A DNA stretch of 64,000 nt from an uncultured Candidatus Saccharibacteria bacterium (GCA_964643135.1 CAZXPC010000001.1:103726-167725); one strand, 5' to 3'. Numbered from the stretch's first letter, positions 54,605 to 64,000 are shown. Notes: generated by a model from the letters alone, not told the origin. A program made the numbers and translations.

Positions 54605-55147
54605 TTATTGAGTCTCCCTGATTACTTGGCCGGCCTTCATCAATTCTTTCTCCTGAAGCAGCTTCGGCAGATCAAGAATTATCAGTAGTCTTTCCGCGCC
54701 GGGCTTTCCCAAAACCGCCTCGCCTTTCAGATAGTCGGCGTGAATCTTTGACGCGATCACCCCCGGCGTCGGCCTCACAGTCGAAATCGGCAGCATAATT
54801 ACCTCCTTCACCCGGTCGACCATAACCCCAAAAGTGTTGCCATTCGATTCGGTAATCACGATATGTTCGGGTTTAACAGAATGAGCGGGCAAATGGAATC
54901 TTTTTTCAAGATCGATCACGACCACGATCTTCCCCCGCAGATTCAAAATTCCGGCGATAAATTCCGGCGCGTTGGGGATCGGCGTAATGTCAGGCAATTT
55001 GATGATCTCCTGAAGCTCGTTGATATCAACCGCATATTCTTCGTGGTCGATTTCGAGAACCAGATACTGTTTCAGAACCTCGGGCGGAGCCTGGTCTATT
55101 TTAGTTTTGATCCGACGGACCGCTTCTTGGATATCTTTTTCCTCCAT
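54605..55147 (-). CDS. cheW: Chemotaxis coupling protein CheW
   Basis: YLVLEIDHEEYAVDINELQEII...GILNLRGKIVVVIDL CheW-domain signature. Confidence 0.8.
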   Translation of the reverse strand: MEEKDIQEAVRRIKTKIDQAPPEVLKQYLVLEIDHEEYAVDINELQEIIKLPDITPIPNAPEFIAGILNLRGKIVVVIDLEKRFHLPAHSVKPEHIVITESNGNTFGVMVDRVKEVIMLPISTVRPTPGVIASKIHADYLKGEAVLGKPGAERLLIILDLPKLLQEKELMKAGQVIRETQ

Positions 55148-55150
55148 GCC

Positions 55151-56647
55151 CTAGGTTTTATTTTCGCCTTTATTTTCTTTGTCTTCAGGCTTCTTCAGAT
55201 TCAGCGTCGATTTAGCAGCCGCTGTTTTTTGCGAGAGAGGCTTAACCAGCCTAGGCCGTTCAAAGCGAAATGTCTCCGCGCTGGAAACGCCGGCAATGCT
55301 TTGCAAAGCAGTATATAGCGTCTGGAGCTGCTGGCTCGTTGCGGCGATTTGCTGGGCGTTGCTCGAGAGCTGCTGGACCGAAGCGGATAATTGATCGGCT
55401 CCGGCGGCGTTTTGGGTGGCGACTGAGGCGATTGAATCAATGAGCCGGCTAACGTTTTGAATACTGCCGGATTGCTGGTTAATGCCGGCCGAAATTTCTT
55501 CGATCTTGGTTGAAACCTGTTCGGTTGATCTAACCGTCCTGATAATTTTCCCGTTAACGTCTTTAACCAGCGTTTTAATTTCTTCAGCTGATTTGGCTGA
55601 ATTCTCGGCCAGTTTCCTAACCTCTTCGGCAACGACCGCGAAACCGCGGCCGGCCTCGCCGGCGCGAGCCGCCTCAATCGCCGCATTTAGCGCCAATAAA
55701 TTAGTTTGCTCGGCGATATTGGTTATAGTTTGAACAATGAGACCGATTTTTTCAGAGCTCCCGCCGGTATCCTGGGCCGCGTCAGATGCCTGGCTTGCTG
55801 CGATTGCCACCTGGCGGGCAGAGCTGGTCATCTGCTGGATCGCTGTTGAAACTTCGGCAATAAGCTTAGCCATGTTCTCAGCGCTTTGCGATTGATCGGT
55901 CGCGCCGGAGGCCACCTTTTGAGCAATCACGACGTTTTGCTGTGAAGCGGCAGAAATTTGTTCAGCCGAAGATGAAAATTGGTTGAGAGACCCGCCAATT
56001 AACCGCGTCGAAGCCCGCAAGCCCGGAATCGTGGTCATATATGTTGATCCAAAAACTGCGAGAAGAATCAGAGCTAGTAAGATAGCCGCTATAGTCAGGC
56101 CGTTAAAAATACTTGACTGCAGCGCTCCTGCCGCGCTGATGTTTTGGTCGATCGCCTTTTGCTCGGCATCTACAATAGCCCTTAGGTGGGTTCTAATCTG
56201 GGCATCGATTTGAATAAGATCTGCGAGATCCTTCGACCCGACAACCTGGGCGCCGGCTTGAATAGAACCGACTACCTTATCTCCCAAAGCTAGCTCTTGA
56301 GGCATCAGGCCTTCGAAAGCATCCAAATCAATCAGCACTTGATTGATCCTAGTATATTGCCGAAGATTGGCCCGGCTCTTATCAACCAGTTTTATATTTT
56401 CGGCCAGATCGTTTAGGTAATTCTGGCTGCGCGTAAAAATGTAGTTATTGCGGTCGTTCATGACTCTAAGCTCTCCAACATCTAAGAGCGAGGCCGCTTC
56501 GGCAGCCTGCGTAACTCGGATCTCATCGGCGGTTTTCTGAGATACCCCGAGACTGTAGAATAAATAGTATCCCATCGCCCCCAAAATCAGGAAAATAGAA
56601 ACCGAACCTAAGATTATTTTATTACCCAAAGATAATTTTCTGGCCAT
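55151..56647 (-). CDS. Methyl-accepting chemotaxis protein
   Basis: N-terminal TM, second TM + HAMP, highly conserved signalling domain (EQTNLLALNAAIEAARAGEAGRGFAVVAEEVRKLAE). Confidence 0.85.
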   Translation of the reverse strand: MARKLSLGNKIILGSVSIFLILGAMGYYLFYSLGVSQKTADEIRVTQAAEAASLLDVGELRVMNDRNNYIFTRSQNYLNDLAENIKLVDKSRANLRQYTRINQVLIDLDAFEGLMPQELALGDKVVGSIQAGAQVVGSKDLADLIQIDAQIRTHLRAIVDAEQKAIDQNISAAGALQSSIFNGLTIAAILLALILLAVFGSTYMTTIPGLRASTRLIGGSLNQFSSSAEQISAASQQNVVIAQKVASGATDQSQSAENMAKLIAEVSTAIQQMTSSARQVAIAASQASDAAQDTGGSSEKIGLIVQTITNIAEQTNLLALNAAIEAARAGEAGRGFAVVAEEVRKLAENSAKSAEEIKTLVKDVNGKIIRTVRSTEQVSTKIEEISAGINQQSGSIQNVSRLIDSIASVATQNAAGADQLSASVQQLSSNAQQIAATSQQLQTLYTALQSIAGVSSAETFRFERPRLVKPLSQKTAAAKSTLNLKKPEDKENKGENKT

Positions 56648-56676
56648 ATTGAATAAAGTATAACATAATTATTCAT

Positions 56677-57759
56677 ATGGCTATGATAAAGAAGATTAGG
56701 GTGCTCGTTGCCGATGACTCATTTTTTATGCGCAAAGTTTTGCGCGAACTTTTGGGATATGAATTCGATATTGAAGTTGTAGGCGAAGCCAAGGACGGCG
56801 CCGAGGCGGTTAAGGAAGCGATCCGGCTAAAACCGAACGTGATTACCATGGATTATAATATGCCGATCGCCGACGGCGCGGTGGCAACCGAAGAAATCAT
56901 GCGGGCCGTTGATCCCCCGCCCGCGGTAATCATGCTTTCGGCTTATGCCCAGAAAGACGCCGAAGCAACCTTAAAGGTTCTCCGAGCCGGCGCGGTTGAT
57001 TTTATCCTCAAGCCTTCCGGCGAAGTTTCGGTCGACCTTGAAAAAATAAAAGACGAGCTGATCGCTAAAATTCGCGCCGCGGCCGAAGCCACGGTGAAAA
57101 AATACCCCGAACTCCAGAGCAGACTCCAAGTTAAAAAAGAGATCCCCGCGGAGATAGCTACTAAAATAGTTGTCATCGGAGCCTCAACCGGCGGCCCGCC
57201 CCTGTTGGAAAATTTAATTGCGGAACTGCCGACCGACCTCAAAGCGGCGGTGGTGGTGGTCCAGCATATGCCCGCGGGCTTTACGCGTATTTTCGCCGAC
57301 CGGCTAAATCGCAACTCGAAAATCCTGGTTAAAGAAGCCGAGGAGGGAGACTTGCTTAGGAATGGCATGGTTTTTGTCGCGCCGGGAGACCTGAACATGA
57401 CTCTTAGCAAGGCCTATGAAGATCCGAATAAAAAGATAGTCCATCTTTCGACCGAACCGGCTGATGTTACTTTGCGGCCCTCGATCGACATCTTTATGAT
57501 GTCGGCCGCGCACCAATATCCGCGCAATATGGTGAGCGTGCTTTTGACCGGCATGGGCGACGACGGAGTCGAAGGTTTGCGCGGAACTAAAACGATTCAC
57601 GGTTCAACCATTGCCCAGGACCCGTCAACCGCCGCAATTCCCTCTATGCCCCGGGCGGCCATTAAAGAAAAATTGGCTGACGAAATTTTAAAACCCGACC
57701 AGATAGTCAATCGACTAGTTCAGCTTGTCAACGCACAATCCAATGCCAATGGACATTAA
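56677..57759 (+). CDS. cheB: Chemotaxis response regulator protein-glutamate methylesterase CheB
   Basis: REC domain + linker + methylesterase domain (VVIGASTGGP; GMGDDG; catalytic Ser/His/Asp). Confidence 0.85.
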   Translation: MAMIKKIRVLVADDSFFMRKVLRELLGYEFDIEVVGEAKDGAEAVKEAIRLKPNVITMDYNMPIADGAVATEEIMRAVDPPPAVIMLSAYAQKDAEATLKVLRAGAVDFILKPSGEVSVDLEKIKDELIAKIRAAAEATVKKYPELQSRLQVKKEIPAEIATKIVVIGASTGGPPLLENLIAELPTDLKAAVVVVQHMPAGFTRIFADRLNRNSKILVKEAEEGDLLRNGMVFVAPGDLNMTLSKAYEDPNKKIVHLSTEPADVTLRPSIDIFMMSAAHQYPRNMVSVLLTGMGDDGVEGLRGTKTIHGSTIAQDPSTAAIPSMPRAAIKEKLADEILKPDQIVNRLVQLVNAQSNANGH

Positions 57760-59398
57760 CGAATTCAAAGAATTCATGGATGTTTCAGAATTCAAAAGTT
57801 ATTTCGTAGCCGAAGCCGGTGAACACCTTCAAAAGATGAATGACAATTTGCTGGCGCTAGAGAAAGACCCTGCCAATAAAAGCCTCTTAAAAGAGCTCAT
57901 GCGATCGTCGCATACGATTAAGGGATCGGCCGCAACTATGGCCTATAATAAGGTCGCTTACCTCGCCCACATTCTGGAAGACGTTTTCGACAGCGCCTCG
58001 AACGATGATATTCAAATTACTCCGGCACTGATTGCCGAACTTCTGAAAGGAGCCGATGCTATTGAAAACTCGGTCAGATCGATCGACCAAACCGGCCGGG
58101 AAATTGACCTAACCGACATCTCAGAGAAAATAAAAAAGTTAACCGGCGTATCAACGGAGGGCGTCGGCAAATCTCTTCGCCAGACTAAAGAAGTCCCGGT
58201 AGCCGCTTCGGCCGCGAAAATTCCGACAGTCGAAACTATTTCTCACGTTAAAGTTCCGGTAAGCCGGCTTGATTCTCTACTCTCGCTCGCCGAAGAAATT
58301 ATGCTTATCCGCATGCAGCTGGATCAGCTTAAGAATAATTACCTCCCGCTTAAAAATGTTGCCGAACGATTCGGACGACTGGTCTCCGAGCTCCAATACC
58401 AGGTCATGAAAGCTCGCCTCATCGCGCTCGACCAAGTTTTTGCGCGCTTTCCAAGGATGGTTCACGACCTGGCCTCTTCGACGGGGAAAACAGTGAATTT
58501 TGAAATCAGCGGCGGCGAAATTGAACTGGACCGGACCATCGTTGATGAACTAGGCGAACCGCTCATTCATCTTTTGAGAAACGCGGTCGACCACGGCATA
58601 GACAAAACCGGCACCGTAACCTTGAGCGCTGTCCGCGTGAAAGATCGGGCCCTGATTAGCGTCGAAAACAGCGGGAATGTCATTGATTTTAATAAGGTTA
58701 GGGAAAAGGCCGTCGAGAAAGGCATTGTGAGCGCCGAGACGGCGGCCAAGATGACTCAAGATCAGCTAACCGCCCTGCTTTTTGCGAACCGCTTATCGAC
58801 AAGCCGGGAGATAACTGAAATTTCCGGCCGCGGCGTGGGCCTGGGAATTGTCAAAAATTTTGCCGATGAAATCGGCGGCCGCGTTATTGTGACGTCACCC
58901 GTTAAGAACGGCCAAAATCCGACTGGAGCCCGCTTTACCCTCGAACTGCCGCTTACAATCGCGATTATCAAGGCTCTGCTCGTTAAAGTGGCCGGCCGCA
59001 TCTTCGCTCTTCCCTTTGCCGATATCGCGCGCTCGGTTTCAATCAATCCCTCGGATATCAAGACGCTGGGAGGTGAAGAAGTCGCTATTATTGATCAAGA
59101 GGATGTTCCTCTTTTAAGGCTGGATAAGATTTTTAACCTGGGAGGCTCGCCGAATCCAGCGCCTTCGGCCCCGGCTTCGGTTACGGCGGTTATGGTCGAA
59201 CGGGGCGATGATGTCGCCGCGCTCACGGTTGACGGGTTGGTTAATAAAGAAGAGCTTATTGTTAAGCCCCTGGCGCCGATTCTGCGCCAAAGTAAAGGAT
59301 TCTCGGGCTCGGCCATTCTGGGTAATGGCGAAACGATCTTGATTATCGACGTCGCCAATATCTTGGAAATTTCCAAAAAATCTAAAATTAAATTATGA
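57725..59398 (+). CDS. cheA: Chemotaxis histidine kinase CheA (short form)
   Basis: P1/Hpt (HTIKGSAATMAYNKVA), dimerisation and HATPase_c domains (GRGVGLGIV), C-terminal CheW-like P5 domain. Start ambiguous (57725/57743/57749). Confidence 0.85.
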   Translation: MSTHNPMPMDINEFKEFMDVSEFKSYFVAEAGEHLQKMNDNLLALEKDPANKSLLKELMRSSHTIKGSAATMAYNKVAYLAHILEDVFDSASNDDIQITPALIAELLKGADAIENSVRSIDQTGREIDLTDISEKIKKLTGVSTEGVGKSLRQTKEVPVAASAAKIPTVETISHVKVPVSRLDSLLSLAEEIMLIRMQLDQLKNNYLPLKNVAERFGRLVSELQYQVMKARLIALDQVFARFPRMVHDLASSTGKTVNFEISGGEIELDRTIVDELGEPLIHLLRNAVDHGIDKTGTVTLSAVRVKDRALISVENSGNVIDFNKVREKAVEKGIVSAETAAKMTQDQLTALLFANRLSTSREITEISGRGVGLGIVKNFADEIGGRVIVTSPVKNGQNPTGARFTLELPLTIAIIKALLVKVAGRIFALPFADIARSVSINPSDIKTLGGEEVAIIDQEDVPLLRLDKIFNLGGSPNPAPSAPASVTAVMVERGDDVAALTVDGLVNKEELIVKPLAPILRQSKGFSGSAILGNGETILIIDVANILEISKKSKIKL

Positions 59399-60024
59399 AT
59401 CTAGAATTAACTGATATCCAGGCCGATCAGCTTCGCGAAACGCTCCATATCGCCGCGAGCCGCGCGACCGTCGCTCTTTCCAAGCTGACTAATCAAAAAA
59501 TAACGGTCGGATTGCCGGAAATTTTAATCGACCGGATTGAAAATATTGCCCCCCGCGAAGATGGCGGCGAGCAACTGTCAGCCGGCATAGTTTTTAGACT
59601 CTCGGGCGAGTTGCCCGGAGCGATGCTAATCGACTTGCCGGAGCAAAACGCTTTGGCGCTAGCCGGACTTATGACTCAGCATGCCAAAACGCATGTGCGC
59701 GACCTTGATCGCTTGGATATCTCGGCCTTGGAAGAGATGGGTAATATTGTGGCCGGCCACGCCATTACGGCTCTCTGGAATTTCTTGGGCACGCCGATAC
59801 GCTATTCCCCTCCCGCCAGCGCCGTTGACCTGACAACCGCAATTATCGAGCAAGTTGTTACCGACATCGGATCGAAAACCAGCGAAGCGATGGTTTTTAA
59901 CGCTTCCTTTTCTTTGGCTGATAATGTCGCGCCCAACCGGCTCATTTTTATTTTTACTCCCGCTGCCAGCCGTCGAATTCTCGAGATAATCAAAACCAGA
60001 TTTGATGCAGGAAAAAATCATTGA
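59395..60024 (+). CDS. cheC: Chemotaxis phosphatase CheC
   Basis: Two CheC repeats, including DISALEEMGNIVAGHAITAL. Followed by cheD, as in Bacillus cheC-cheD. Confidence 0.7.
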   Translation: MNLELTDIQADQLRETLHIAASRATVALSKLTNQKITVGLPEILIDRIENIAPREDGGEQLSAGIVFRLSGELPGAMLIDLPEQNALALAGLMTQHAKTHVRDLDRLDISALEEMGNIVAGHAITALWNFLGTPIRYSPPASAVDLTTAIIEQVVTDIGSKTSEAMVFNASFSLADNVAPNRLIFIFTPAASRRILEIIKTRFDAGKNH

Positions 60025-60511
60025 TACCGGCGGACTCGTTATTTTTGACCATCTCATGAAAACCAACGGCGTGGGTTCGTGCGTCGTCATTATATTTTTT
60101 GACCGAAAAAAGAAGCTGGGCGGAATGGCGCACTCAATGCTCCCGGAGCGATTAACCGGCGACTCTGACTACTTCAGCGCCCCGGGCAAATACGTGAACG
60201 AAGCCATCGATAACCTTTTCGAGCGTTTTTTAAAGCGCGGATCGAACGCCGCAGACCTCGCCGCGGTTTTAGTCGGCGGAGCGGAAATGTTTCCTTCTTT
60301 GTCCGGAGACTACTTTACCGTTGGCTACCAGAACCTGCAAACCGCCAAGCGATGCCTGGCGGAAACAGGTGTGGCGCTGATCGATGAATCGGTCGGCGGC
60401 CACTTCGGCCGCTCAGTCTCATTGGATCCCCAGTCGGGCAAGTTAATCATCACCGCGAGAAACCCGAATGCTCCTTTCTCGACCAAGATTATAAACCTCC
60501 TGCAGTCTTAA
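60002..60511 (+). CDS. cheD: Chemoreceptor glutamine deamidase CheD
   Basis: GVGSCVVIIFFD (catalytic Cys region), GGMAHSMLPE. 169 aa. Confidence 0.8.
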   Translation: MMQEKIIDTGGLVIFDHLMKTNGVGSCVVIIFFDRKKKLGGMAHSMLPERLTGDSDYFSAPGKYVNEAIDNLFERFLKRGSNAADLAAVLVGGAEMFPSLSGDYFTVGYQNLQTAKRCLAETGVALIDESVGGHFGRSVSLDPQSGKLIITARNPNAPFSTKIINLLQS

Positions 60512-61458
60512 ATTCGGATGCTGGTATCCCGAATAACCGTGGCGTTAATGGTCGTACCGTTAACCGAACCGTAAACCCTAATATTATCGCCGACTCTAAA
60601 ATTGGTCAGAGAAGATCTGCCCCAAAGCGAGCTCAATATACTGGTATCAGAAGCAACATTAACCGTGTAATCTACGCCGCCGACTGTAATCGTGAGCGTG
60701 GCCGGCAAAGTGGTTCCGGAAACAGCTTTCAAAGTACCCTCGAAAGTTGTCTTTTCGGACACCATCAAAATCATAACTTTGTTGGCGGCGATAACATGCG
60801 TATTCAGATCAAGCACGCCCGAGACTTTAACTCGACTGCCAACGCTTAAGTCGGCGAAAGTTGCTGATGCTGTATCGTTCTTCAAAAATACTGTTCCGTC
60901 TGAAACGCTAACTGTAATGTTGCCCTTTTCTGAAGCTGTGACAACAAATGTCTTAGCCGATGCATCAATGCTCGCTACTGTTCCTGAAACGGCCGCGTTC
61001 TGCTTCTGGATGGACCAATCCTTGAGAGTCGATGCCTTAACCGTCAATGTTGCGGCCGTCATGTCCAATGATCCCGTCACGCTGATAAGATCGCCGACTG
61101 AAACCTCGGACACAGCCGACACTCCGCCGAATTTTCGGGCGAACCTGGTGTTGCTATCGGTATTGATAACCCAAGCTAAAGAAGTTGACCCAAAAGTTGT
61201 CGAGGCATTGATAGTACTGCCGGAGACCGCAGTTACTTTAGCTCCCCTCACGAGCACAGTACCGTTGTCGTTCAAGTGAATCTCAAGAGTCGTGCCATTT
61301 TTGTGCGCCTCGTCTCTGTCGCCGTGATCTCCCAAACCTACGCTGACGCCCAGCCTAAGGCCGCTATCTTCACCGGCATTATTGTTTGCCCAGGCGTAGC
61401 CGATCGACAAACCAGTTCCTATAACTATTGCTGCCAAACCTGCAATTATTTTTTTCAT
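60508..61458 (-). CDS. Secreted beta-rich repeat protein (three about 75-aa repeats, DUF5666-like)
   Basis: Signal peptide. Three internal repeats with pattern G(T)V..V...T.F.....F.VGD.I.V.GS. Confidence 0.45.
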   Translation of the reverse strand: MKKIIAGLAAIVIGTGLSIGYAWANNNAGEDSGLRLGVSVGLGDHGDRDEAHKNGTTLEIHLNDNGTVLVRGAKVTAVSGSTINASTTFGSTSLAWVINTDSNTRFARKFGGVSAVSEVSVGDLISVTGSLDMTAATLTVKASTLKDWSIQKQNAAVSGTVASIDASAKTFVVTASEKGNITVSVSDGTVFLKNDTASATFADLSVGSRVKVSGVLDLNTHVIAANKVMILMVSEKTTFEGTLKAVSGTTLPATLTITVGGVDYTVNVASDTSILSSLWGRSSLTNFRVGDNIRVYGSVNGTTINATVIRDTSIRI

Positions 61459-61602
61459 GATTTTTTTACTTAATTTATAATGTATTCATTATCTTCCAGC
61501 CTCTACCAAAAAACCAGCCCGACCTTTGCCGTTAATTTTAATGATCTGCCCTACCTAGACGAGAAAGCCTCGTATATCTTTCAAGCGCTTTTCCTGAGAG
61601 AG

Positions 61603-62133
61603 CTATTTGAGTGAAATTTTTGCAGTTTCCGGCTCTCGTACCGTAATAAATCTCCTTTTCCAGCCTTTCAAAAAATCAGCAATCGAGATCTGGCTGCCGC
61701 CCGGCGTTCTCAAGGCCGGATTATTGTAATAAACATTTTGCTCGTCTAAACCGGTTACCACCACAATATGGCCCAGGGTTGCTTTGGGATCAAACTTGTT
61801 ATGAATCGAGACAATGACCGGCCCGTCATTTAAGAGATCCTTTAGCTCGGCAAAAGCGGTTTGATTGCTGGTTTTAGAAAAGTCATAAGTTTTCCCGACA
61901 AGGCCGTATTTACCGGCTAAGGCCGCCAACTCGGTGTGCTTCCAGCCGACATTCGGGACATAAGCACCCGAAACAATGGCTTGCGTAAGCAGCTTGTTAA
62001 CCGACACCGTATTAGGCTTGTAATAGTCGATCGCCATAGCTAAACTGGCGATTCCGCAGCCCTGCTGCTGCCATTCGTATGTCTTTATTTCAGTCAGTTG
62101 CGAATGAAAAGGAACGTTGTAAAAATCAATCAT
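61603..62133 (-). CDS. Standalone papain-like C39-like cysteine peptidase (Peptidase_C39_2-type)
   Basis: VPFHSQLTEIKTYEWQQQGCGIASLAMAIDYY (catalytic Cys), GHIVVVTG (His). 176 aa, no transporter fusion. Confidence 0.6.
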   Translation of the reverse strand: MIDFYNVPFHSQLTEIKTYEWQQQGCGIASLAMAIDYYKPNTVSVNKLLTQAIVSGAYVPNVGWKHTELAALAGKYGLVGKTYDFSKTSNQTAFAELKDLLNDGPVIVSIHNKFDPKATLGHIVVVTGLDEQNVYYNNPALRTPGGSQISIADFLKGWKRRFITVREPETAKISLK

Positions 62134-62246
62134 GTCGGCGATTATAACACAAGGTTGGCTATAGTGTCAATAAAGAGGAAGCTAATAGAGCGCTCCATAC
62201 TGGTAAGCTCCGCTAAAAGCATTTATAATGGATATATTGATTTCAT

Positions 62247-62609
62247 ATGGATGCCTCAAGCTTAAAATCTAGCCAGCTGGGCGCTAATTGGGAACTCGAC
62301 GCGGAACATAAAATCATCCGGGGATCAGACGCTTTCTATACCCTCTATGGTTTGAAACCTCAAGATTTCGGCCTCAAGCTCGATTATTTTCTTAGTTTCA
62401 TAGAGCCGGCCGACTTGGCCCGGGTCAAGCATATTTTTGAAGACTCGATTAAAGACCAGGCACCCTTCAACTTTATCTACAAAATCAAGGGCGCGGACGG
62501 CGCATCGCGGACCTTGATCTGCCACATCCGGCTTTTCGAACCAAATCCGATTACGCACCAAACCGCCAAGATCATAGGCACCATTGAACAGTCCCCCAAC
62601 CTGGATTAA
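62247..62609 (+). CDS. Standalone PAS-domain protein
   Basis: 120 aa with PAS fold pattern (FYTLYGLKP ... FIEPADLARVKHIFEDSI ... FNFIYKIKGADGASRTLICHIRL). Confidence 0.55.
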   Translation: MDASSLKSSQLGANWELDAEHKIIRGSDAFYTLYGLKPQDFGLKLDYFLSFIEPADLARVKHIFEDSIKDQAPFNFIYKIKGADGASRTLICHIRLFEPNPITHQTAKIIGTIEQSPNLD

Positions 62610-62631
62610 ATTGCTGAACTAAATTGATACC

Positions 62632-63564
62632 GTGTTAAAATTTATAAAAGTTTTTCTCTTCATTTCCGCAGTGGCCGTAACAGGCTATATATTCCGCGGT
62701 CCGATCGGGAACGTCATCGTAAGCCTCCGGATCTCATTATTTCCGTGCTCGCAGCCGATCCAATATTCGCTCGGTTCTTTCGACCCCAGATTCGGCATCT
62801 CCAAGGCTGACTTCTTAAATGCGGCTAATCAGGCGGTCGACATTTGGGAAAAAGGAATCAACCGGAACCTCTTCAGGTACACAACCGACGGACCTCTTAA
62901 AATAAATCTCATTTTTGATTACCGGCAGGAAGCGACGATCGCTCTTCAAAAAGTAGGCATAACTTACGGTGACGACAAGGCCTCCTATGATAGGCTAAAA
63001 GCCAAATATGATTCTCTGCAAGCCGACTATCAATCCAAAAAATCTGCCTTAGACGCCAAGATAGCCGTTTTTAATACTCAAAAAGCCGCCTATGAGAAAG
63101 AGGTTAGTTATTGGAATGCCCGCGGCGGCGCTCCCCCCTCAACTTACGATCAGCTCAATTCGGAAAAAGCTTCGCTCGACACGCAGATCGCCGAAATTAA
63201 TGCCCTGCAAAAAGAAATCAACGCTGAAGTAGATGAGATCAACGCCTTGGTTGTGGCGCTAAACCAACTGGTCCAGACGCTCAATTTAGAGGCGGCGCAA
63301 TATAATCAGATCGGAAAAACCGAGGGCGATGAATTCAGCGAAGGCATTTACCAAAGCTCGATCGCCGGCCGGGAAATAGACATCTACCAATTCGACAGCC
63401 GCGCTAAGCTGGTGAGGGTCCTCGCCCACGAGTTAGGCCACGCGCTCGGCCTCGGCCACCTCGACGACCCGAAAGCGATCATGTACCGGTTAAACCAGGG
63501 CACCAACGAGAAACTCACCTCCGCCGACCTAAATGCTTTAAAACATCTTTGCGGAATTAAATAG
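62632..63564 (+). CDS. Membrane-anchored metzincin-type zinc metalloprotease (HExxHxxGxxH + Met-turn) with about 110-aa coiled-coil insertion
   Basis: N-terminal TM; VLAHELGHALGLGHLDDPKAIMY. Long heptad-rich segment (aa about 105-215) between the N-terminal part of the catalytic domain and the zinc site. Confidence 0.6.
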   Translation: MLKFIKVFLFISAVAVTGYIFRGPIGNVIVSLRISLFPCSQPIQYSLGSFDPRFGISKADFLNAANQAVDIWEKGINRNLFRYTTDGPLKINLIFDYRQEATIALQKVGITYGDDKASYDRLKAKYDSLQADYQSKKSALDAKIAVFNTQKAAYEKEVSYWNARGGAPPSTYDQLNSEKASLDTQIAEINALQKEINAEVDEINALVVALNQLVQTLNLEAAQYNQIGKTEGDEFSEGIYQSSIAGREIDIYQFDSRAKLVRVLAHELGHALGLGHLDDPKAIMYRLNQGTNEKLTSADLNALKHLCGIK

Positions 63565-63674
63565 CCCCAGTCCGACATGATTAAGAGAGTTATCCGTCTA
63601 TGATATAATGCAGAAAAGGTCGAAAGCAAAAAAAGATATTACAAACAAAAAAAATAAAAACTAATCATTCTCTA

Positions 63675-64000
63675 TGAATAAGAATCTTCTCGTCGGTTTA
63701 GGAATCGCTGTGCTCATTGTGCTCGCCGGGTGGATCGTTTTCTCGTCTATGACTCCGGCTCCGGCTCCAGTGGCTCCTATTCCGGTTCCTACGCCAGTTC
63801 CAGTTCCAACTCCTGTCCCAACTCCTCCAGCGCCTCCATCAGCCGGCGCGCCGACCGTGCAAACCAGCACGAACACAGTGCCGACAAGTTCAACCGTGGT
63901 TGTTACCGGCAACGTAACCCCGAACGGCGCCCTAACCAGTTACTGGTATGAGTACGGCGCTTCCACCGCTTTGGGCACTCAAACTAACGCTTTCAATATC
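63675..64000 (+). CDS. Partial (5' end) membrane-anchored protein with Pro/Thr/Val-rich linker; continues beyond window
   Basis: ATG at 63675, TM helix (LLVGLGIAVLIVLAGWIVF), PAPAPVAPIPVPTPVPVPTPVPTPPAPP linker, then beta-rich region (SYWYEYGASTALGTQ). No stop before the window end. Absent from the ORF track. Confidence 0.5.

Noticed and set aside
63661-63912. 83-aa minus-strand Gly/Thr/Ala-rich ORF and + ORF 63730..63951
   Set aside because: Both are alternative-frame or antisense readings of the Pro/Thr-rich linker of the partial gene starting at 63675; low-complexity artefacts.
1-64000. CRISPR arrays, rRNA genes, transposases / IS elements, integrases
   Set aside because: Looked for short regularly spaced direct repeats, rRNA signature sequences (for example GTGCCAGCAGCCGCGGTAA) and DDE / tyrosine-recombinase-like ORFs. 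None found by eye.

Overview
The window is a gene-dense bacterial chromosomal segment with about 50% GC, many 4-nt start/stop overlaps and several leaderless-looking genes. The gene content is consistent with a small-genome, possibly CPR/Patescibacteria-like bacterium, but that placement is a guess. Core genes present:
- Translation and replication: gltX, dnaX, a ybaB-like gene, a truncated recQ, scpAB, rnhA, a pseudouridine synthase and trhO.
- Cell-wall module: an M23 peptidase, a FemAB-like protein, an N-terminally minimal Mur ligase, mraY and a DD-carboxypeptidase.
- Central metabolism: pgk, ppa, and a glgA plus GH57 pair.
- Several ABC and efflux systems, and a complete-looking chemotaxis cluster (mcp, cheW, cheC/X, cheY, cheB, cheA, cheC, cheD) that lacks cheR in this window.

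RNA genes not in the ORF track:
- An RNase P RNA (rnpB, minus strand, about 13.07-13.49 kb).
- A canonical tRNA-Gln(UUG).
- A tRNA-like gene with a non-pairing anticodon stem.

Most unusual observations:
- A 655-aa ORF sits between a sensor kinase and an OmpR-type regulator and combines class II terpene-cyclase motifs (QW repeats, DxDDT) with a C-terminal DDxxD helical domain.
- A YcnI / CopC-CopD-type copper cluster has a 980-aa fusion carrying two extra His-rich C-terminal domains.
- A roughly 450-nt GC-rich non-coding segment with its own extended -10 promoter is co-oriented with the odd tRNA-like gene and a terminator; it may be a structured RNA.
- Two compositionally foreign, high-GC3 coding islands (12.0-12.3 kb and 34.0-34.65 kb) and one AT-rich island (46.8-49.3 kb) abutting the tRNA-Gln.
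- A 35-bp perfect inverted duplication of a promoter plus start codon in front of two unrelated genes.
- A 7-nt x4 tandem repeat inside the 5' coding region of a DHH (NrnA-like) gene.
- A 23-aa Cys-rich mini-ORF downstream of a P-type ATPase.

No CRISPR array, transposase or rRNA was seen.
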